Positions 1-10,326 of a DNA stretch of 64,000 bases are shown in pieces. A model generated the notes under the pieces. The model made no database searches and was not told where the DNA came from. It saw only the letters and a program-made list of their open reading frames with translations. The stretch comes from a virus: positions 1 to 64,000 of the IMG/VR virus record IMGVR_UViG_3300025383_000015; one strand, given 5' to 3'. The position numbers and the translations under genes are program-made. The number at the start of each line of letters is the position of its first letter. The stretch's first letter is position 1.

Positions 1-707
1 TCATTTACATAGAAGACTACGCCATCTGCTACTGCAATATCATTTGCGGTATTAGAGGTTGTCTTATAGCGGTCAGAGTGACCGTCTGTACCTTGAGCAC
101 CATCGGTACCTTGAGTACCTTGCGCACCATCTACACCTTGTGTACCTTGTGCACCCTGTGTTCCATCAGTACCTTGGGTTCCTTGCGTACCTTGTTGGCC
201 ATCAGTTCCTTGTGTGCCTTGAGTACCCTGGGTTCCGTCTGTTCCTTGGGTACCTTGTGTGCCGTCTGTACCTTGAGTACCGTCTGTACCTTGGGTTCCT
301 TGTAGTCCTTGTGCTCCTTGTGTGCCGTCTGTTCCTTGGGTACCTTGTTGACCATCAGTTCCCTGAGTACCTTGAGTTCCGTCTGTGCCTTGTGTTCCCT
401 GGGTACCTTGAGTTCCTTGTGTTCCTTGAGTTCCCTGTGTACCTTGAGCACCATCAGCGCCTACATAACCTGCAGTTCCTTGTGTACCTTGTACACCGTC
501 AGTGCCCTGAGTTCCCTGGGTACCTTGTGGACCAAATGCGATCCAAGCAGTTCCATTCCATTGCTTGATGTACTTGTCGGTTGTGTCATAGTAAATCTGA
601 CCTTCGACAGGGCTTGCTGGAGCATTTGATGAAGAGAGGTTTTGGATTCTGGCATTTTGAAGTTCAAGTTTGCCAAGATCAATCGGTGTTAAAAACTTAC
701 GTGCCAT
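1..707 (-). CDS. Collagen-like (Gly-X-Y) tail/fibre protein, truncated at window start
   Basis: Not in the ORF track. ATG at 707 with AGGAG RBS; [24 protein letters not shown] then long [10 protein letters not shown] repeats; frame open to the window edge. Confidence 0.8.
   Translation of the reverse strand, partial: MARKFLTPIDLGKLELQNARIQNLSSSNAPASPVEGQIYYDTTDKYIKQWNGTAWIAFGPQGTQGTQGTDGVQGTQGTAGYVGADGAQGTQGTQGTQGTQGTQGTQGTDGTQGTQGTDGQQGTQGTDGTQGAQGLQGTQGTDGTQGTDGTQGTQGTDGTQGTQGTQGTDGQQGTQGTQGTDGTQGAQGTQGVDGAQGTQGTDGAQGTDGHSDRYKTTSNTANDIAVADGVVFYVN
85..530 (-). repeat. Collagen-coding tandem repeats (9/18-bp units, e.g. GTACCTTGA/GTGCCGTCT)
   Basis: Visible degenerate 9-bp periodicity encoding G-X-Y. 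Confidence 0.9.
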
Positions 708-719
708 TCGGTTATCTCC

Positions 720-1283
720 TTAAGATAAGTAGGCTTCGCCTGAAAACGCTGTTGCAAATGTAACTGTTAAGGAGTCCGAATTAGTATATGTGATCTCGCC
801 TTCGACTATATTACCAGCCGAATCTTGCACTGTAATGTTAGGGTAAAAATGTAGATTATGCGTGATAACCCACGTGTTATTTGCTACCCCTTGGGTATGA
901 ACATACGCCACTCTTTGTGGAGTAAAGTAAAGGTTTGTTACGCCTTCTGTTAGGTCGTCTGTAGTTCCTAATGAAGTACCAGAAATACCTTGAGTACCAG
1001 GATCTCCTTGTGCACCCTGTGTGCCTTGGGTTCCAATGCCTGTAGCACCCTGTAAACCTTGTGCTCCTTGTAACCCTTGGGTTCCTTGTGCACCGCCACC
1101 AGGACCAATAGGTCCTTGGGCTCCCTGTAAACCTGTTCCAGTTGCTCCCTGAACACCCTGTGTTCCTTGAACACCGCGAGCACCGCCTTGACCAGAACCT
1201 ACAACAATTGTTGGTCCTTGAACTCCTTGAGACCCACTACATTGACCGCAACTACAACCTACTACGTGTACAACGCGTGTCAT
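720..1283 (-). CDS. Collagen-like virion protein
   Basis: GxQ repeats followed by [15 protein letters not shown] and a C-terminal beta-rich domain. Confidence 0.75.
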   Translation of the reverse strand: MTRVVHVVGCSCGQCSGSQGVQGPTIVVGSGQGGARGVQGTQGVQGATGTGLQGAQGPIGPGGGAQGTQGLQGAQGLQGATGIGTQGTQGAQGDPGTQGISGTSLGTTDDLTEGVTNLYFTPQRVAYVHTQGVANNTWVITHNLHFYPNITVQDSAGNIVEGEITYTNSDSLTVTFATAFSGEAYLS

Positions 1284-2329
1284 ACTGTGGCCTCCCGTGT
1301 AACAAACATGGCTCCTCGCATGAACGTTTGTTCGTAACCTGAATCATCCGTAGCAGTTGCTTGGATATCCCAGAAACAAAGGTCTGGAAGAATTTCTGTT
1401 TGTTGACTTGTAAGATTTAAGGTCAACTTTGTGTTGTCCCCATCTACGAACTCAATGTCAAACGATGCAAGAGGAATTCCATCACCAAATTGCATGTGAA
1501 TTTCAGACTTCCAAGTATACGCGGTCACATCAAATGGGAACTTTAAAGTTGCTTCAAATGAATCTCCTTGATATGCGTTTAAATCAAATGTAGGAACATC
1601 TGATGGGAACTGTTGAGAGCCATAAGTAGGCATTGGAAGAAGCGCCCTTTGAGGCATTGAACGATCATCCACTTCTTGAGGAAGAAAGATAGGTACATAA
1701 CGGTTACTAAACTTAGCGATACGACGTAGTTGGAATACGTCGATCTTGTAAAGTCCAATACCTAGTTGTGAACATAGTTCAATGTATTGAGCCTTACGCT
1801 GTTGAGTCATATCCATCAATTGACGGTAACGCTCAGAACGAGGTATCTGTACTCCATCTGGAGCAGTAATATCGATGTCAAATGCTGCATCGTTAGCCAA
1901 CGTGTAGAGCGCTAGAGTAGCCGCGTATACAACTACAGGGTATTCTTCAACACCTGGAAGATTAGTGATAGTTACACCACGACCATATGGATCTGCATGG
2001 TTCTTTGTGTGTTGATTAAATGCATCGTTAACAAAGTTGCAAATTTCATTGTTTGTAAAGTAACGGTAGTACGTTCCAGCAACAACGATAGGCGCTCCGC
2101 TATTTGGGAGAGAATCAAAGGTAATGTAACCTGTTTCTTCTTCTACAAGTACAGCGTTTGAAACGTCTGAGCCGTTTACATGGATAATAAGGTTTGCCCC
2201 ATCTACAGGGGAGTATGGGATGAGGTAGCGGTTTGTAATTCCATCCGCTGTTGTCTGGTAGACAAAGGACTTACCTATATCGCCTATCTCAGAACGAAGG
2301 CGTTCCGCCAGACTGGATAAGGTAGCCAC
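1280..2329 (-). CDS. Virion structural protein (head-tail adaptor-like, with C-terminal BppU-like domain)
   Basis: Position after the capsid genes; LRSEIGD start; C-terminal YQGDSF..L.F...CFWDIQ pattern. Confidence 0.5.
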   Translation of the reverse strand: MATLSSLAERLRSEIGDIGKSFVYQTTADGITNRYLIPYSPVDGANLIIHVNGSDVSNAVLVEEETGYITFDSLPNSGAPIVVAGTYYRYFTNNEICNFVNDAFNQHTKNHADPYGRGVTITNLPGVEEYPVVVYAATLALYTLANDAAFDIDITAPDGVQIPRSERYRQLMDMTQQRKAQYIELCSQLGIGLYKIDVFQLRRIAKFSNRYVPIFLPQEVDDRSMPQRALLPMPTYGSQQFPSDVPTFDLNAYQGDSFEATLKFPFDVTAYTWKSEIHMQFGDGIPLASFDIEFVDGDNTKLTLNLTSQQTEILPDLCFWDIQATATDDSGYEQTFMRGAMFVTREATV

Positions 2330-2387
2330 AAAACCTCCGAAAACTATTTGGCGTAATCATCTCGTGTTATTACGAATATGTACGCAT

Positions 2388-2441
2388 AAAAAGGTCTAAC
2401 CCCCAACTGGGAGGAGGGCGGGAACCAGTTGAGGGTCAGAC
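2388..2441 (-). terminator. Rho-independent terminator after the head operon
   Basis: Stem GTCTGACCCTCAACTGG/CCAGTTGGGGGTTAGAC followed by a T-tract on the minus strand. Confidence 0.7.
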
Positions 2442-2454
2442 TACTAGCGACGGC

Positions 2455-2826
2455 TTAGTTTGGCCGCCAAATATATCCAAGTTCTTCTAGATAGTTTGCT
2501 AGATCTGGAGATACACGGTACTTAACTCCTGCTTTAAAAGTAAGAGTGTTTCCAACTCCATAAGTCATATCGTCAATATCTGTAATTGTACGAATGATCA
2601 CTGAGTTATTTGCTGTGCTTACTCCGACGTTTTCAATCTCATCAAGAACAATCGGTGCAGTTGCATTCGTTGGATCGAATACATTGGTTTCTAGTGTCTC
2701 TGCCTCAACCTGAGCCGCAATTGAAATCTCTTCTTTGCGGTCCTGAAGTGCTTTAGCGTTCTTCTTTGCTGCTTGTTCTGCAGCACGTCCTGTTGCGTCC
2801 AATGGACTTGTTGGTGTATTTGCCAC
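2455..2826 (-). CDS. Hypothetical head-associated protein
   Basis: GGAG RBS; directly downstream of the major capsid gene. Confidence 0.6.
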   Translation of the reverse strand: MANTPTSPLDATGRAAEQAAKKNAKALQDRKEEISIAAQVEAETLETNVFDPTNATAPIVLDEIENVGVSTANNSVIIRTITDIDDMTYGVGNTLTFKAGVKYRVSPDLANYLEELGYIWRPN

Positions 2827-2909
2827 GGTGATAATTCTCCTAAGTTAGTGTTGTGTTAAGTGGTGGCTGGGGGCCAAAGAAGGAGTATGACCCCCAGACA
2901 CCGTTTGTC

Positions 2910-4037
2910 TTAGTTTGTGTAAACCTTGACGATAGCCTGATCGGTGATAACACCGAGGCCCCAGATTGCGTACCAAGCAAGAGCGTGCTCACGACCGAAG
3001 TCAAGAACGCCACCATCGCGAAGTTCAACTGGAAGAGCAATAGCGTGACCAAAAGCGTTGTCACCAATCATGATTGACTCGTAAACGCTTGCACTTGAGT
3101 TAACAGTGCTGTCTGATCCACCTGCTGGGTATGGTGAAGTTGAACCTTCTGGGTTACCACCTTGACCAGGAGCGGTGTTAGCCTTTACAGGGACATCGGT
3201 CTGGTATGAAGGAGCACCAACAGAAGAGGTGTAGTCAACAACTGATGAAGCAGCAAACTGCTTGACCTGTGTTGTTTCGATGAAGACTACGTCGTACAAA
3301 CGACCGATTTCACCGAGCATGAAGTTACCTGGAGCAGCGTACTTTGTAACTTCGATGAACTCTGGGTTCGAACGAATGTCACGAGACTGCTTTGGGTGGA
3401 TAAATTGAACGTAGGTCTCGCCCAAACGTGGGATGTTCTTGGAAGCGAGGGTAAGGGCAGCATCCTTAACAGCACCTGTAGACAACTTAAAGTTACCTGT
3501 TAGGTCTGAAATCTTTGTTCCCTTTGTACCTTCGTTGTACCAATCGTTTACACCTTGGAGGCTTGAACGGTCATAACCGAAGACAGCAGATGTCGCAGCA
3601 GAGAGTGTGTTGCGAGCCTGGATGTCAAGGTATTGAGCCATGTGGCGGCCAAGCAAACGTGATGCAGATGCCATGATGTCATCGAATGATGAGTTCAAGA
3701 GCAACTCAGAAACAGCAACGCCGTAACCTTGTTCTGCAACTGTGATTGCGATTTGCTCTGCTGTGAGAGCGTTTGTTGTCATACGAACACCTTCTGTAAG
3801 AGGTGTTGGATCAACAGCAAAGTTCTTGTAACGTAGGAAGTTAACGCGTAGACCAGGAGCAACTCCGAGTTCTGTCTTCTTAACAGCGAACTGTTCGAAG
3901 CGAAGAATTGGCATTGCCTGGAATAGGATTTCCTTCGACCAGATTGTTTGAATTGCTTGGTTCAGGCTTGAATTTGAGCCTGAGTAAGCGGTTGGAGCGC
4001 CCGCGAGTTGCGAGGAGCCTGTAATAGCACTTGCCAT
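2910..4037 (-). CDS. Major capsid protein (HK97 fold, N4-gp56-like)
   Basis: PLTEGV, YVQFIHP, GEIGRLYDVVFIET and DFGREHALAWYAIWG motifs; portal-scaffold-capsid order. Confidence 0.9.
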   Translation of the reverse strand: MASAITGSSQLAGAPTAYSGSNSSLNQAIQTIWSKEILFQAMPILRFEQFAVKKTELGVAPGLRVNFLRYKNFAVDPTPLTEGVRMTTNALTAEQIAITVAEQGYGVAVSELLLNSSFDDIMASASRLLGRHMAQYLDIQARNTLSAATSAVFGYDRSSLQGVNDWYNEGTKGTKISDLTGNFKLSTGAVKDAALTLASKNIPRLGETYVQFIHPKQSRDIRSNPEFIEVTKYAAPGNFMLGEIGRLYDVVFIETTQVKQFAASSVVDYTSSVGAPSYQTDVPVKANTAPGQGGNPEGSTSPYPAGGSDSTVNSSASVYESIMIGDNAFGHAIALPVELRDGGVLDFGREHALAWYAIWGLGVITDQAIVKVYTN

Positions 4038-4073
4038 TTAGGTCAAGTCCTTTCTATAGTTAGTTGAGGGGGA

Positions 4074-4823
4074 TTAACCGAACAGTCCCTGACCGCGATT
4101 ATTGGCTGCTGTGCCGAGTAGTTTGGCGCGTTGCTTCTGATATTCCGCCATGTCCATGCCGCGAATTCCTTCGGGCGTATACGATTGTTGTCCCATTTCG
4201 TTATCGAGAGGTCCTGAAGCAGGTGCGGTTACTCGTGCACCTACCATTTGTTGCTTACTTGCTTGAACTGTCTGCATTACATCTTGCATAATTCCTGTGG
4301 ACTTATCCTTGAGTACTGCAATACTCTGTTCAATTTCTTCTGGGGTATTACCGTTGATTAAGTCAATAAGTTGAGGGACGATAGAATCGCGCTCTTCCTC
4401 AAGACGTTGTGAACGGTAAGCCATCAAATCTTGGAACTTGCGTTCCTGTTCTAGGAGAGCAAAAGCACGTTCTCTTTCAAGACGTTCATTCTCAAGTTGA
4501 GAATTAAATTCTTGCTCCTTCTTCTGGAGGAGTTCTTTGAAGGATAATTCCTTCTCAATCTTCTTTTGCTTTTGTTCTGCTTTTTTGGCTTCACGTTCTG
4601 CAAGACGAGCCTGCTTACGTGCGGCTGCTTCTTCGCGCTCTTTCTTAAGAGCAGCAAGTTCTTCAGCCATCTTTTCCATCTGTGGATACAACTTTGCCTT
4701 CTCCTGCGCACGAGCCTTTGCAAGGTCATCGGCAGTAAATCCAGGCATAACTGTCTCACTTACTTCTGGTGCAACTGGAGCCACTGGCTCTGGTGCATCC
4801 ATCACTTCTTGATTATCGGCCAT
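4074..4823 (-). CDS. Capsid scaffolding protein
   Basis: Charged coiled-coil protein between portal and capsid genes. Confidence 0.75.
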   Translation of the reverse strand: MADNQEVMDAPEPVAPVAPEVSETVMPGFTADDLAKARAQEKAKLYPQMEKMAEELAALKKEREEAAARKQARLAEREAKKAEQKQKKIEKELSFKELLQKKEQEFNSQLENERLERERAFALLEQERKFQDLMAYRSQRLEEERDSIVPQLIDLINGNTPEEIEQSIAVLKDKSTGIMQDVMQTVQASKQQMVGARVTAPASGPLDNEMGQQSYTPEGIRGMDMAEYQKQRAKLLGTAANNRGQGLFG

Positions 4824-4951
4824 TATTGGTCACCTATTTTTCTTGTGTGTTTGTCCATATGCCTTGCGGCGTGTCCCTTGGGTTCTTACGAGACTATTGC
4901 ATTACAAAATGTCGCAATTGTCTCGATATACTCTGACTTTTTGTCAGAATG

Positions 4952-6694
4952 CTAGTTGTCGTTGCGGTCAACGTTCCTTCGCTGCACTTGCTTTGTGCCG
5001 TAGGCGTCTTCCACTAACTGTTGACGAATGGCACCCTCGCTTTGATCTTCAAGGCTTTCATTCATCTCTTGTTCTGGGTCTTTAATGCTCTCTGGAGTTT
5101 CTGGTCCCAGAATTCCATCGCCCATGATGTCTCCATCTCCCAATTGAGTTGGCTGCATAGGGATGGCGCTATTGCCATCAGGACCAGGCATCATTCCTGT
5201 CATATCCATGATTTGCTTCTGAATCTGAATCTTAAGAAGTTGCAAAGCACCATCGGCCTTTGCATCTTCCTTCAACTCATCACGAATCTCACGAAGTTTT
5301 TCTTCTGGGAACTCTTCGCCTAAAGTACGAAGAGCACCTTCCTTGGACTCAAGGCCAGCAGTCATCTTTGCCTGAACTTCGTTCAAGACGATTAACTTAT
5401 CAAGAGGAAGTGGAGGTGGGAAATGCACGTAGTTTTGGTAGGTGATTGGATCATCAGGATCCAACATAGGAAGTTGATCTGATTTAAGTGGGCCATCAAC
5501 TTCTGGGTTATACATGAATGTCTCTGGCTCTTTAAGGGCCAAGTTACGAAGGATAAGTTCGTTGATACGCTCAATACCTTTACCGTACTGAATAACCTTT
5601 TGAGAGTAACGGTTCATCAATGGCTGGTACTGAATAGACAGAGCAACACCTGAGGTATTAGAGATTGGTTGAACTTGACCAAGAGCACTCTCTGGAATAT
5701 TCATGATTTCGTGCATAGAACGCTTGAGAAGTTCTAGGTACTGAAGAGCACCGTTGATACCTTCAGCGCCACCATCGAGGTTAAATACCTGTGCGTCTTT
5801 TGGAAGACCGCCCCATACCTTGCTTGCGCCCTTTTCAAGGTTAGAAGCCTTTGCACCGATAATAACGGTAACTGGGGCAGCGTGGTAGTTGATGATATCA
5901 GCAACGTCTGTTGCAATTTCATTGTATGTGCGGTTAATCGTAATGATGTCTTGGCAATCTGCAAGACCCCATGGAGAACCTGTTACAGGAATATTTGGAA
6001 TATGTACCACAGGAATAAGTCCTAGTGGATTTGGACGAGAGTCAATCAATTCATCGTTGATGTACTCTTCGATCATGTCGTCTGTAAGGATTTCAGTGTA
6101 AGTAAATACCTGGCGTGTTCCTTCTAACGATGTGCCCCAGAAACGGTACTTCTGCTTAAAGCGAAGCAAACGAGTACGGTCATGAGGGTGAAACTCTGGA
6201 AAACAAAATGAGGAGTTCATTGGCAAAACGCGAACACGGCCAGGGTGGAAATGTCCAGCAGAATCTGTCCATGCTTCTTCGTAAGCAACCTTTACAAAGC
6301 AGTCACCTGTAACTCCGCCTTGCTGAGCCATCTCAAGAAGTACACGCTCTTTGTCGTTGTCAACTTCCCATACGCGCTCTAAGCGATCTGGGACGATTGC
6401 TTCTGTTGCTTTAGGTGAGCGAAAGTTAACGCCCTTACCAAAAGTAAATCGAGCAAGATAATCAGTAAATGCTCGGTAATAATTGATTGTCATCTGTGCT
6501 TCGCCAGTTTCACGGCGGTAGCCCCATTGATGACCTAGGTACATCGCAAAGTTAAGTGAGTAACGGTTTAAGCGAGGACCGTGGACTTCAAACTCTTCAT
6601 CAGCAAGTTCTACTAATCCCAGTGGGGAAATAGAGATGGTTAAGTCAGATGAGGCCGCTCTGTAGGACGGCGGAGAGAAGTCAAGATATGACAT
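4952..6694 (-). CDS. Portal protein
   Basis: 580 aa; GGVTGDCFVKV, NPLGLIPVVHIPN and SNTSGVAL motifs; position after terminase. Confidence 0.85.
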   Translation of the reverse strand: MSYLDFSPPSYRAASSDLTISISPLGLVELADEEFEVHGPRLNRYSLNFAMYLGHQWGYRRETGEAQMTINYYRAFTDYLARFTFGKGVNFRSPKATEAIVPDRLERVWEVDNDKERVLLEMAQQGGVTGDCFVKVAYEEAWTDSAGHFHPGRVRVLPMNSSFCFPEFHPHDRTRLLRFKQKYRFWGTSLEGTRQVFTYTEILTDDMIEEYINDELIDSRPNPLGLIPVVHIPNIPVTGSPWGLADCQDIITINRTYNEIATDVADIINYHAAPVTVIIGAKASNLEKGASKVWGGLPKDAQVFNLDGGAEGINGALQYLELLKRSMHEIMNIPESALGQVQPISNTSGVALSIQYQPLMNRYSQKVIQYGKGIERINELILRNLALKEPETFMYNPEVDGPLKSDQLPMLDPDDPITYQNYVHFPPPLPLDKLIVLNEVQAKMTAGLESKEGALRTLGEEFPEEKLREIRDELKEDAKADGALQLLKIQIQKQIMDMTGMMPGPDGNSAIPMQPTQLGDGDIMGDGILGPETPESIKDPEQEMNESLEDQSEGAIRQQLVEDAYGTKQVQRRNVDRNDN

Positions 6695-6933
6695 TACTTA
6701 CCTTTATTCTTTTCTTCTTTTTTCTCAAGTGGCTTACGCTTCTTAGACTCAAACTTTTTTTGTTGAATTTTTTGTCTGCGGTCTTTTTCGTGCGTCTCTG
6801 TAAATTGTCCGCCAAGTTCGATGTAGTGTTTGTGCACCCATGCGCTGGCTCCAGGAGAAGGGTATGTTGCATACTTAGCGCGTGCTTGAGCAATAACCAT
6901 TTGATACAACTTTGGATTGCTAGGCTTTTGCAT
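6694..6933 (-). CDS. Small basic hypothetical protein
   Basis: NPKLY...YPSPGASAWVHKHYIELGG; GGAGG RBS. Confidence 0.65.
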   Translation of the reverse strand: MQKPSNPKLYQMVIAQARAKYATYPSPGASAWVHKHYIELGGQFTETHEKDRRQKIQQKKFESKKRKPLEKKEEKNKGK

Positions 6934-7001
6934 TTCATCTCCTCCCTGGATAACCCGATAGCCCCCACACTAGTGTGAGGGCATACGGATGTCTGTCTAA
7001 A

Positions 7002-7397
7002 TTAGTCGTTAACGACTGTTGCAGATTGACGCTGTGTGCGTCCGCCTGATCGAGTTACTTCTTCGATCTTTGCTGCTGAGTAGTCGTTCATTGTGCCGTG
7101 AGCAAACTCTCCAAGAAATGTTGGTGCTTCAACCCATGAGGCTGAACCAACGTGAGCACGCTCTGCCATTGTCTCGGCAGCAGACTTCTCCCATACTGGA
7201 GCATTACGGTTTGGACGACCAGGTGCTGTAGCAGCGCCCTGCATCATTCCCTTTTGAAAATCGTTTGGAACGTCTGTATCTGTAGCAATACCCTCTTCAA
7301 AACGGAGTGGGCCACGACGTGTTGTGTTAGCGGCACCCTTCATCTCGTATACCTGAGGTGCACGCTCTGGGAAGCGTGGTGCTGGTGAAATTGTCAT
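7002..7397 (-). CDS. Hypothetical protein (probably virion-associated)
   Basis: Strong RBS; between terminase and portal. Confidence 0.6.
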   Translation of the reverse strand: MTISPAPRFPERAPQVYEMKGAANTTRRGPLRFEEGIATDTDVPNDFQKGMMQGAATAPGRPNRNAPVWEKSAAETMAERAHVGSASWVEAPTFLGEFAHGTMNDYSAAKIEEVTRSGGRTQRQSATVVND

Positions 7398-7474
7398 TAT
7401 GACTCCTTAAGGATGTAAACGGAAAGGCCTTTTCCTAGTACATAGTTTCCACCCTTTTTAAGGGGTTTTGTTGT

Positions 7475-9061
7475 TTAACTAAAAAACGGATTAGAAGAAA
7501 CTAATACCTCTGGCATGACCAACTCTTGTGTAAGACTGCATGCGATAGCCAAAGAGTCTGCAAAATCGTCATGAGCATAGGTTTCGTCAGGTGCAGCGGC
7601 TGAGAAATTTGGCCCTTTAAACTGGACTTCCAAGTCTGTCATCTGTTGATAAAAACGCTTCCATGTGCGCAATCTGCGAGTTTTTGCATGGGCAGGCCAT
7701 GTGATTAGTTTGCGCTGTATAAGCGCTTGTAAATGCTTCCATCGCTTTGACTGCTCAGATTGGCTAGAGGTAAGCGCTACAACGCGAGAACGTGGCAACA
7801 GGAGAGTCAAACGTTGGGCTACTGCGTCTCCTACACCGTTACCGTCAACACCTGCAACAAGAACATCGTAGTTGGATAAGAAGTTAACGATTTGAAAGTA
7901 TTGCTCTTCCCAATCTGCCCCTTGAATTTCTAACCAGTTTAAGATCTTATGTTCAAAGTAACCAAATTCATCTGGTCGATCCCAGTCAACCCATACCACT
8001 GTCACAACTGTGGAGTCAGTTTTACGTGCTGGGTCGATACCTACAACAACAGGAGTCTTGTGCCAAGACTTAACTAACTCTTGAGATGTATCGCCAAGTT
8101 CATCCATGATGGCAGAGGTAACGAACATGCCCCGCTCAAGAAGCCACTTGCAGTTGTAAGACATTTGAAACTCATCAGAGTCCTCACCAATACGAAGCAT
8201 TTCTTTTCGAATTGCTCGTTCGTAGTTAGGGTTGTACTTAATGACGTCTTTCCAGTCCCATTGAAAGTGGTTCTGTCTGGCATTACGTCCAGTCTGTCTA
8301 CGCTTGTTTAACTGGATGGCTTTGTAAAAGTTATTTTTGCTTGTCGTTGGTGTTCCTGTTTTAACCATAGTACCTGCGTAGTACGCAAGCATTGGGGAAA
8401 TAGATTTAGATACAACAAAGTCATCTGCTTCTTGGCACTCATCAATTACGATAAGATGGAACGACTTAGATTCGATCTTTGCTCGTGGGTTAGCAGTCAT
8501 CATGGTGATGCTAGAACCAGATTTAGTAAGTTTAATTTGACGAGTAACACCGCCTACACGGGCAGCCTTATCATCGATCTCAACGTCATTCAAAATCTCA
8601 AGAGCACGCTCAGACGTAAGACGAGTAACTGCACGTCCAAATAGGGTTTCAGCCTGTCCTTCGGTAGGAGCAAATAGCCCAACCATTAATCCATCTTTAA
8701 ATTTTCCTAAAAGATCAGGGTACAATTTTGCAAGCCGTGGCAAGAGGATCATCAAAGTAACCACAGTATCGGCCACTGTTTCCGACTTGCCCGACTGACG
8801 TGCAGCCAATGCTGTGATCTCTTCTGCGTCATTGATGATGACTGATTCCATGATTCGTCTAGCCAAAGGTTTTTGGTATGGATGCAGATCGTGACCAACA
8901 AGTTCTTTAAGAAAGAGCATGATCTTATCGATCAACTTGTCTACAAACTGTTGAGATAGTTCATCAAGTTGTTCTTCTACATACTCTTCTGCTGGTTTTT
9001 CTTCTTGCAAAAAGAACTCTGGATTAATCTCCTCAAACTTGTTATCATCAAATTGTTCCAT
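7475..9061 (-). CDS. terL: Terminase large subunit
   Basis: Walker A ARQSGKS, Walker B LIVIDE, GTP coupling motif, nuclease VGIDPA and HDDFADS. Confidence 0.92.
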   Translation of the reverse strand: MEQFDDNKFEEINPEFFLQEEKPAEEYVEEQLDELSQQFVDKLIDKIMLFLKELVGHDLHPYQKPLARRIMESVIINDAEEITALAARQSGKSETVADTVVTLMILLPRLAKLYPDLLGKFKDGLMVGLFAPTEGQAETLFGRAVTRLTSERALEILNDVEIDDKAARVGGVTRQIKLTKSGSSITMMTANPRAKIESKSFHLIVIDECQEADDFVVSKSISPMLAYYAGTMVKTGTPTTSKNNFYKAIQLNKRRQTGRNARQNHFQWDWKDVIKYNPNYERAIRKEMLRIGEDSDEFQMSYNCKWLLERGMFVTSAIMDELGDTSQELVKSWHKTPVVVGIDPARKTDSTVVTVVWVDWDRPDEFGYFEHKILNWLEIQGADWEEQYFQIVNFLSNYDVLVAGVDGNGVGDAVAQRLTLLLPRSRVVALTSSQSEQSKRWKHLQALIQRKLITWPAHAKTRRLRTWKRFYQQMTDLEVQFKGPNFSAAAPDETYAHDDFADSLAIACSLTQELVMPEVLVSSNPFFS

Positions 9062-9063
9062 GA

Positions 9064-9297
9064 TTACAAGGAGCGCCGTTCTAGTTCTTGAGCGATAGCG
9101 TAAAACACTTCAGCGCCCAACTTTACTTCTCCCAGATCGTCTTTACTCTGAGTCCTTTGCCAACTGGAAATATGTTTGCCAATCGTGAACATCGACTGCT
9201 CCATCCATAGAACTAATTCTGGCGTAGAGATCATCGAGACTCTTTTCTCGATTCGACTTAAGGGGCGGTGTCCATCCCGCTTCTTCCGTAAAATCAT
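9064..9297 (-). CDS. Hypothetical protein
   Basis: Ends 2 nt before the terL start; overlaps the upstream ORF. Confidence 0.55.
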   Translation of the reverse strand: MILRKKRDGHRPLSRIEKRVSMISTPELVLWMEQSMFTIGKHISSWQRTQSKDDLGEVKLGAEVFYAIAQELERRSL

Positions 9298-9538
9298 TTT
9301 CTGTTACCATCCTTAGTCCGATAAGTTTATCAACTTCAACTGCGTCAGTTTGTCCATTCCATTTTCCCAATACTAACGCTCTATACCTAGGAAGTCTTAG
9401 TATTAGTGGAGTTGCTGTTCTGTACGGAGCCTCAGTCTCTTGAGTCCAACCACGAGTAACAACCTTCTTATTCCACTCATAGGGGAATCTAGTAATTTGT
9501 ACAAAGTATTTTGATCCGATGTCGTGCGTTTTTGGCAT
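9143..9538 (-). CDS. Hypothetical protein
   Basis: Start reassigned to ATG 9538 (MPKTHDIG) after an AGGA RBS. Confidence 0.55.
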   Translation of the reverse strand: MPKTHDIGSKYFVQITRFPYEWNKKVVTRGWTQETEAPYRTATPLILRLPRYRALVLGKWNGQTDAVEVDKLIGLRMVTENDFTEEAGWTPPLKSNREKSLDDLYARISSMDGAVDVHDWQTYFQLAKDSE

Positions 9539-9545
9539 TGTTATC

Positions 9546-10322
9546 CTATTTAAGTGGTCGTAACTTCTTCGGGCTAAGTGAGGTTTTTCCTGCTTTAGTT
9601 GAGCCATATCTCTTGCCGTAGTGTACCTGAGCACCACGACTAAACTTGTAAAAGGCTTTACGGGCTGTGGCTGAGATCTGAGAGACATCTGCTGGACCAC
9701 GTGGTTTGAAGTCTAAATACTTGTAAATATATTGTCCCTTAGATACACGGGCTTTAAATGCAGCCCACTCTGTAGGGCTAACTTCGTAATAATTATAAAA
9801 AGTTCCATCACGAAATACTACTGTAATTTTTTCTTCGTCCTCGTCGTATCCAGCGGCTACTGTTCGTGGACGGTCAATATTGGTGGTAGATGTAGGAACT
9901 ACAGTAAGAGGTGCAGGAGACTCGTCCTCATCGTTCTGAGCGCCATATGATCCAGGAATAGAGGGATTGTCTTCACTCTCTGTAACATCTTCCCACTGAC
10001 GCTGATAAGACAACTCTGCAGGAAGTCCTGCCATATTGTTGTAGTCATAGCCTGATTGCGTTTTGTCATAGTACTTCATGACGTCTTTAAGGCCGATGAT
10101 TTCTTTAAATTCGCCAAACTCTCCAGTAATAGGAGCGGTAGGTAATCCTTGAAATGGGTTTTCTACCTTTGTAATATTTGAAATTGCGTTAGTTTGTGTT
10201 GCACTAAATCCGTATACAGAACCAAGTTGCTCTAGTGGGCTGCGTAGTTCCGCAGATGACGGCAGAGCCATGCGCGTTTTGCGCGAAGAACTACCACCAC
10301 CTGCGGGACGACGACTAGGCAT
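9546..10322 (-). CDS. KTSC-domain protein
   Basis: AAGYD...ITVVFRDGTFYNYYEV...W.AF....SKGQYI matches the KTSC pattern. Confidence 0.75.
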   Translation of the reverse strand: MPSRRPAGGGSSSRKTRMALPSSAELRSPLEQLGSVYGFSATQTNAISNITKVENPFQGLPTAPITGEFGEFKEIIGLKDVMKYYDKTQSGYDYNNMAGLPAELSYQRQWEDVTESEDNPSIPGSYGAQNDEDESPAPLTVVPTSTTNIDRPRTVAAGYDEDEEKITVVFRDGTFYNYYEVSPTEWAAFKARVSKGQYIYKYLDFKPRGPADVSQISATARKAFYKFSRGAQVHYGKRYGSTKAGKTSLSPKKLRPLK

Positions 10323-10326
10323 TAGA

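Noticed and set aside
59-682. Several ORFs in alternative frames and on the plus strand
   Set aside because: Shadows of the collagen repeat; the real gene is the minus-strand frame starting at 707
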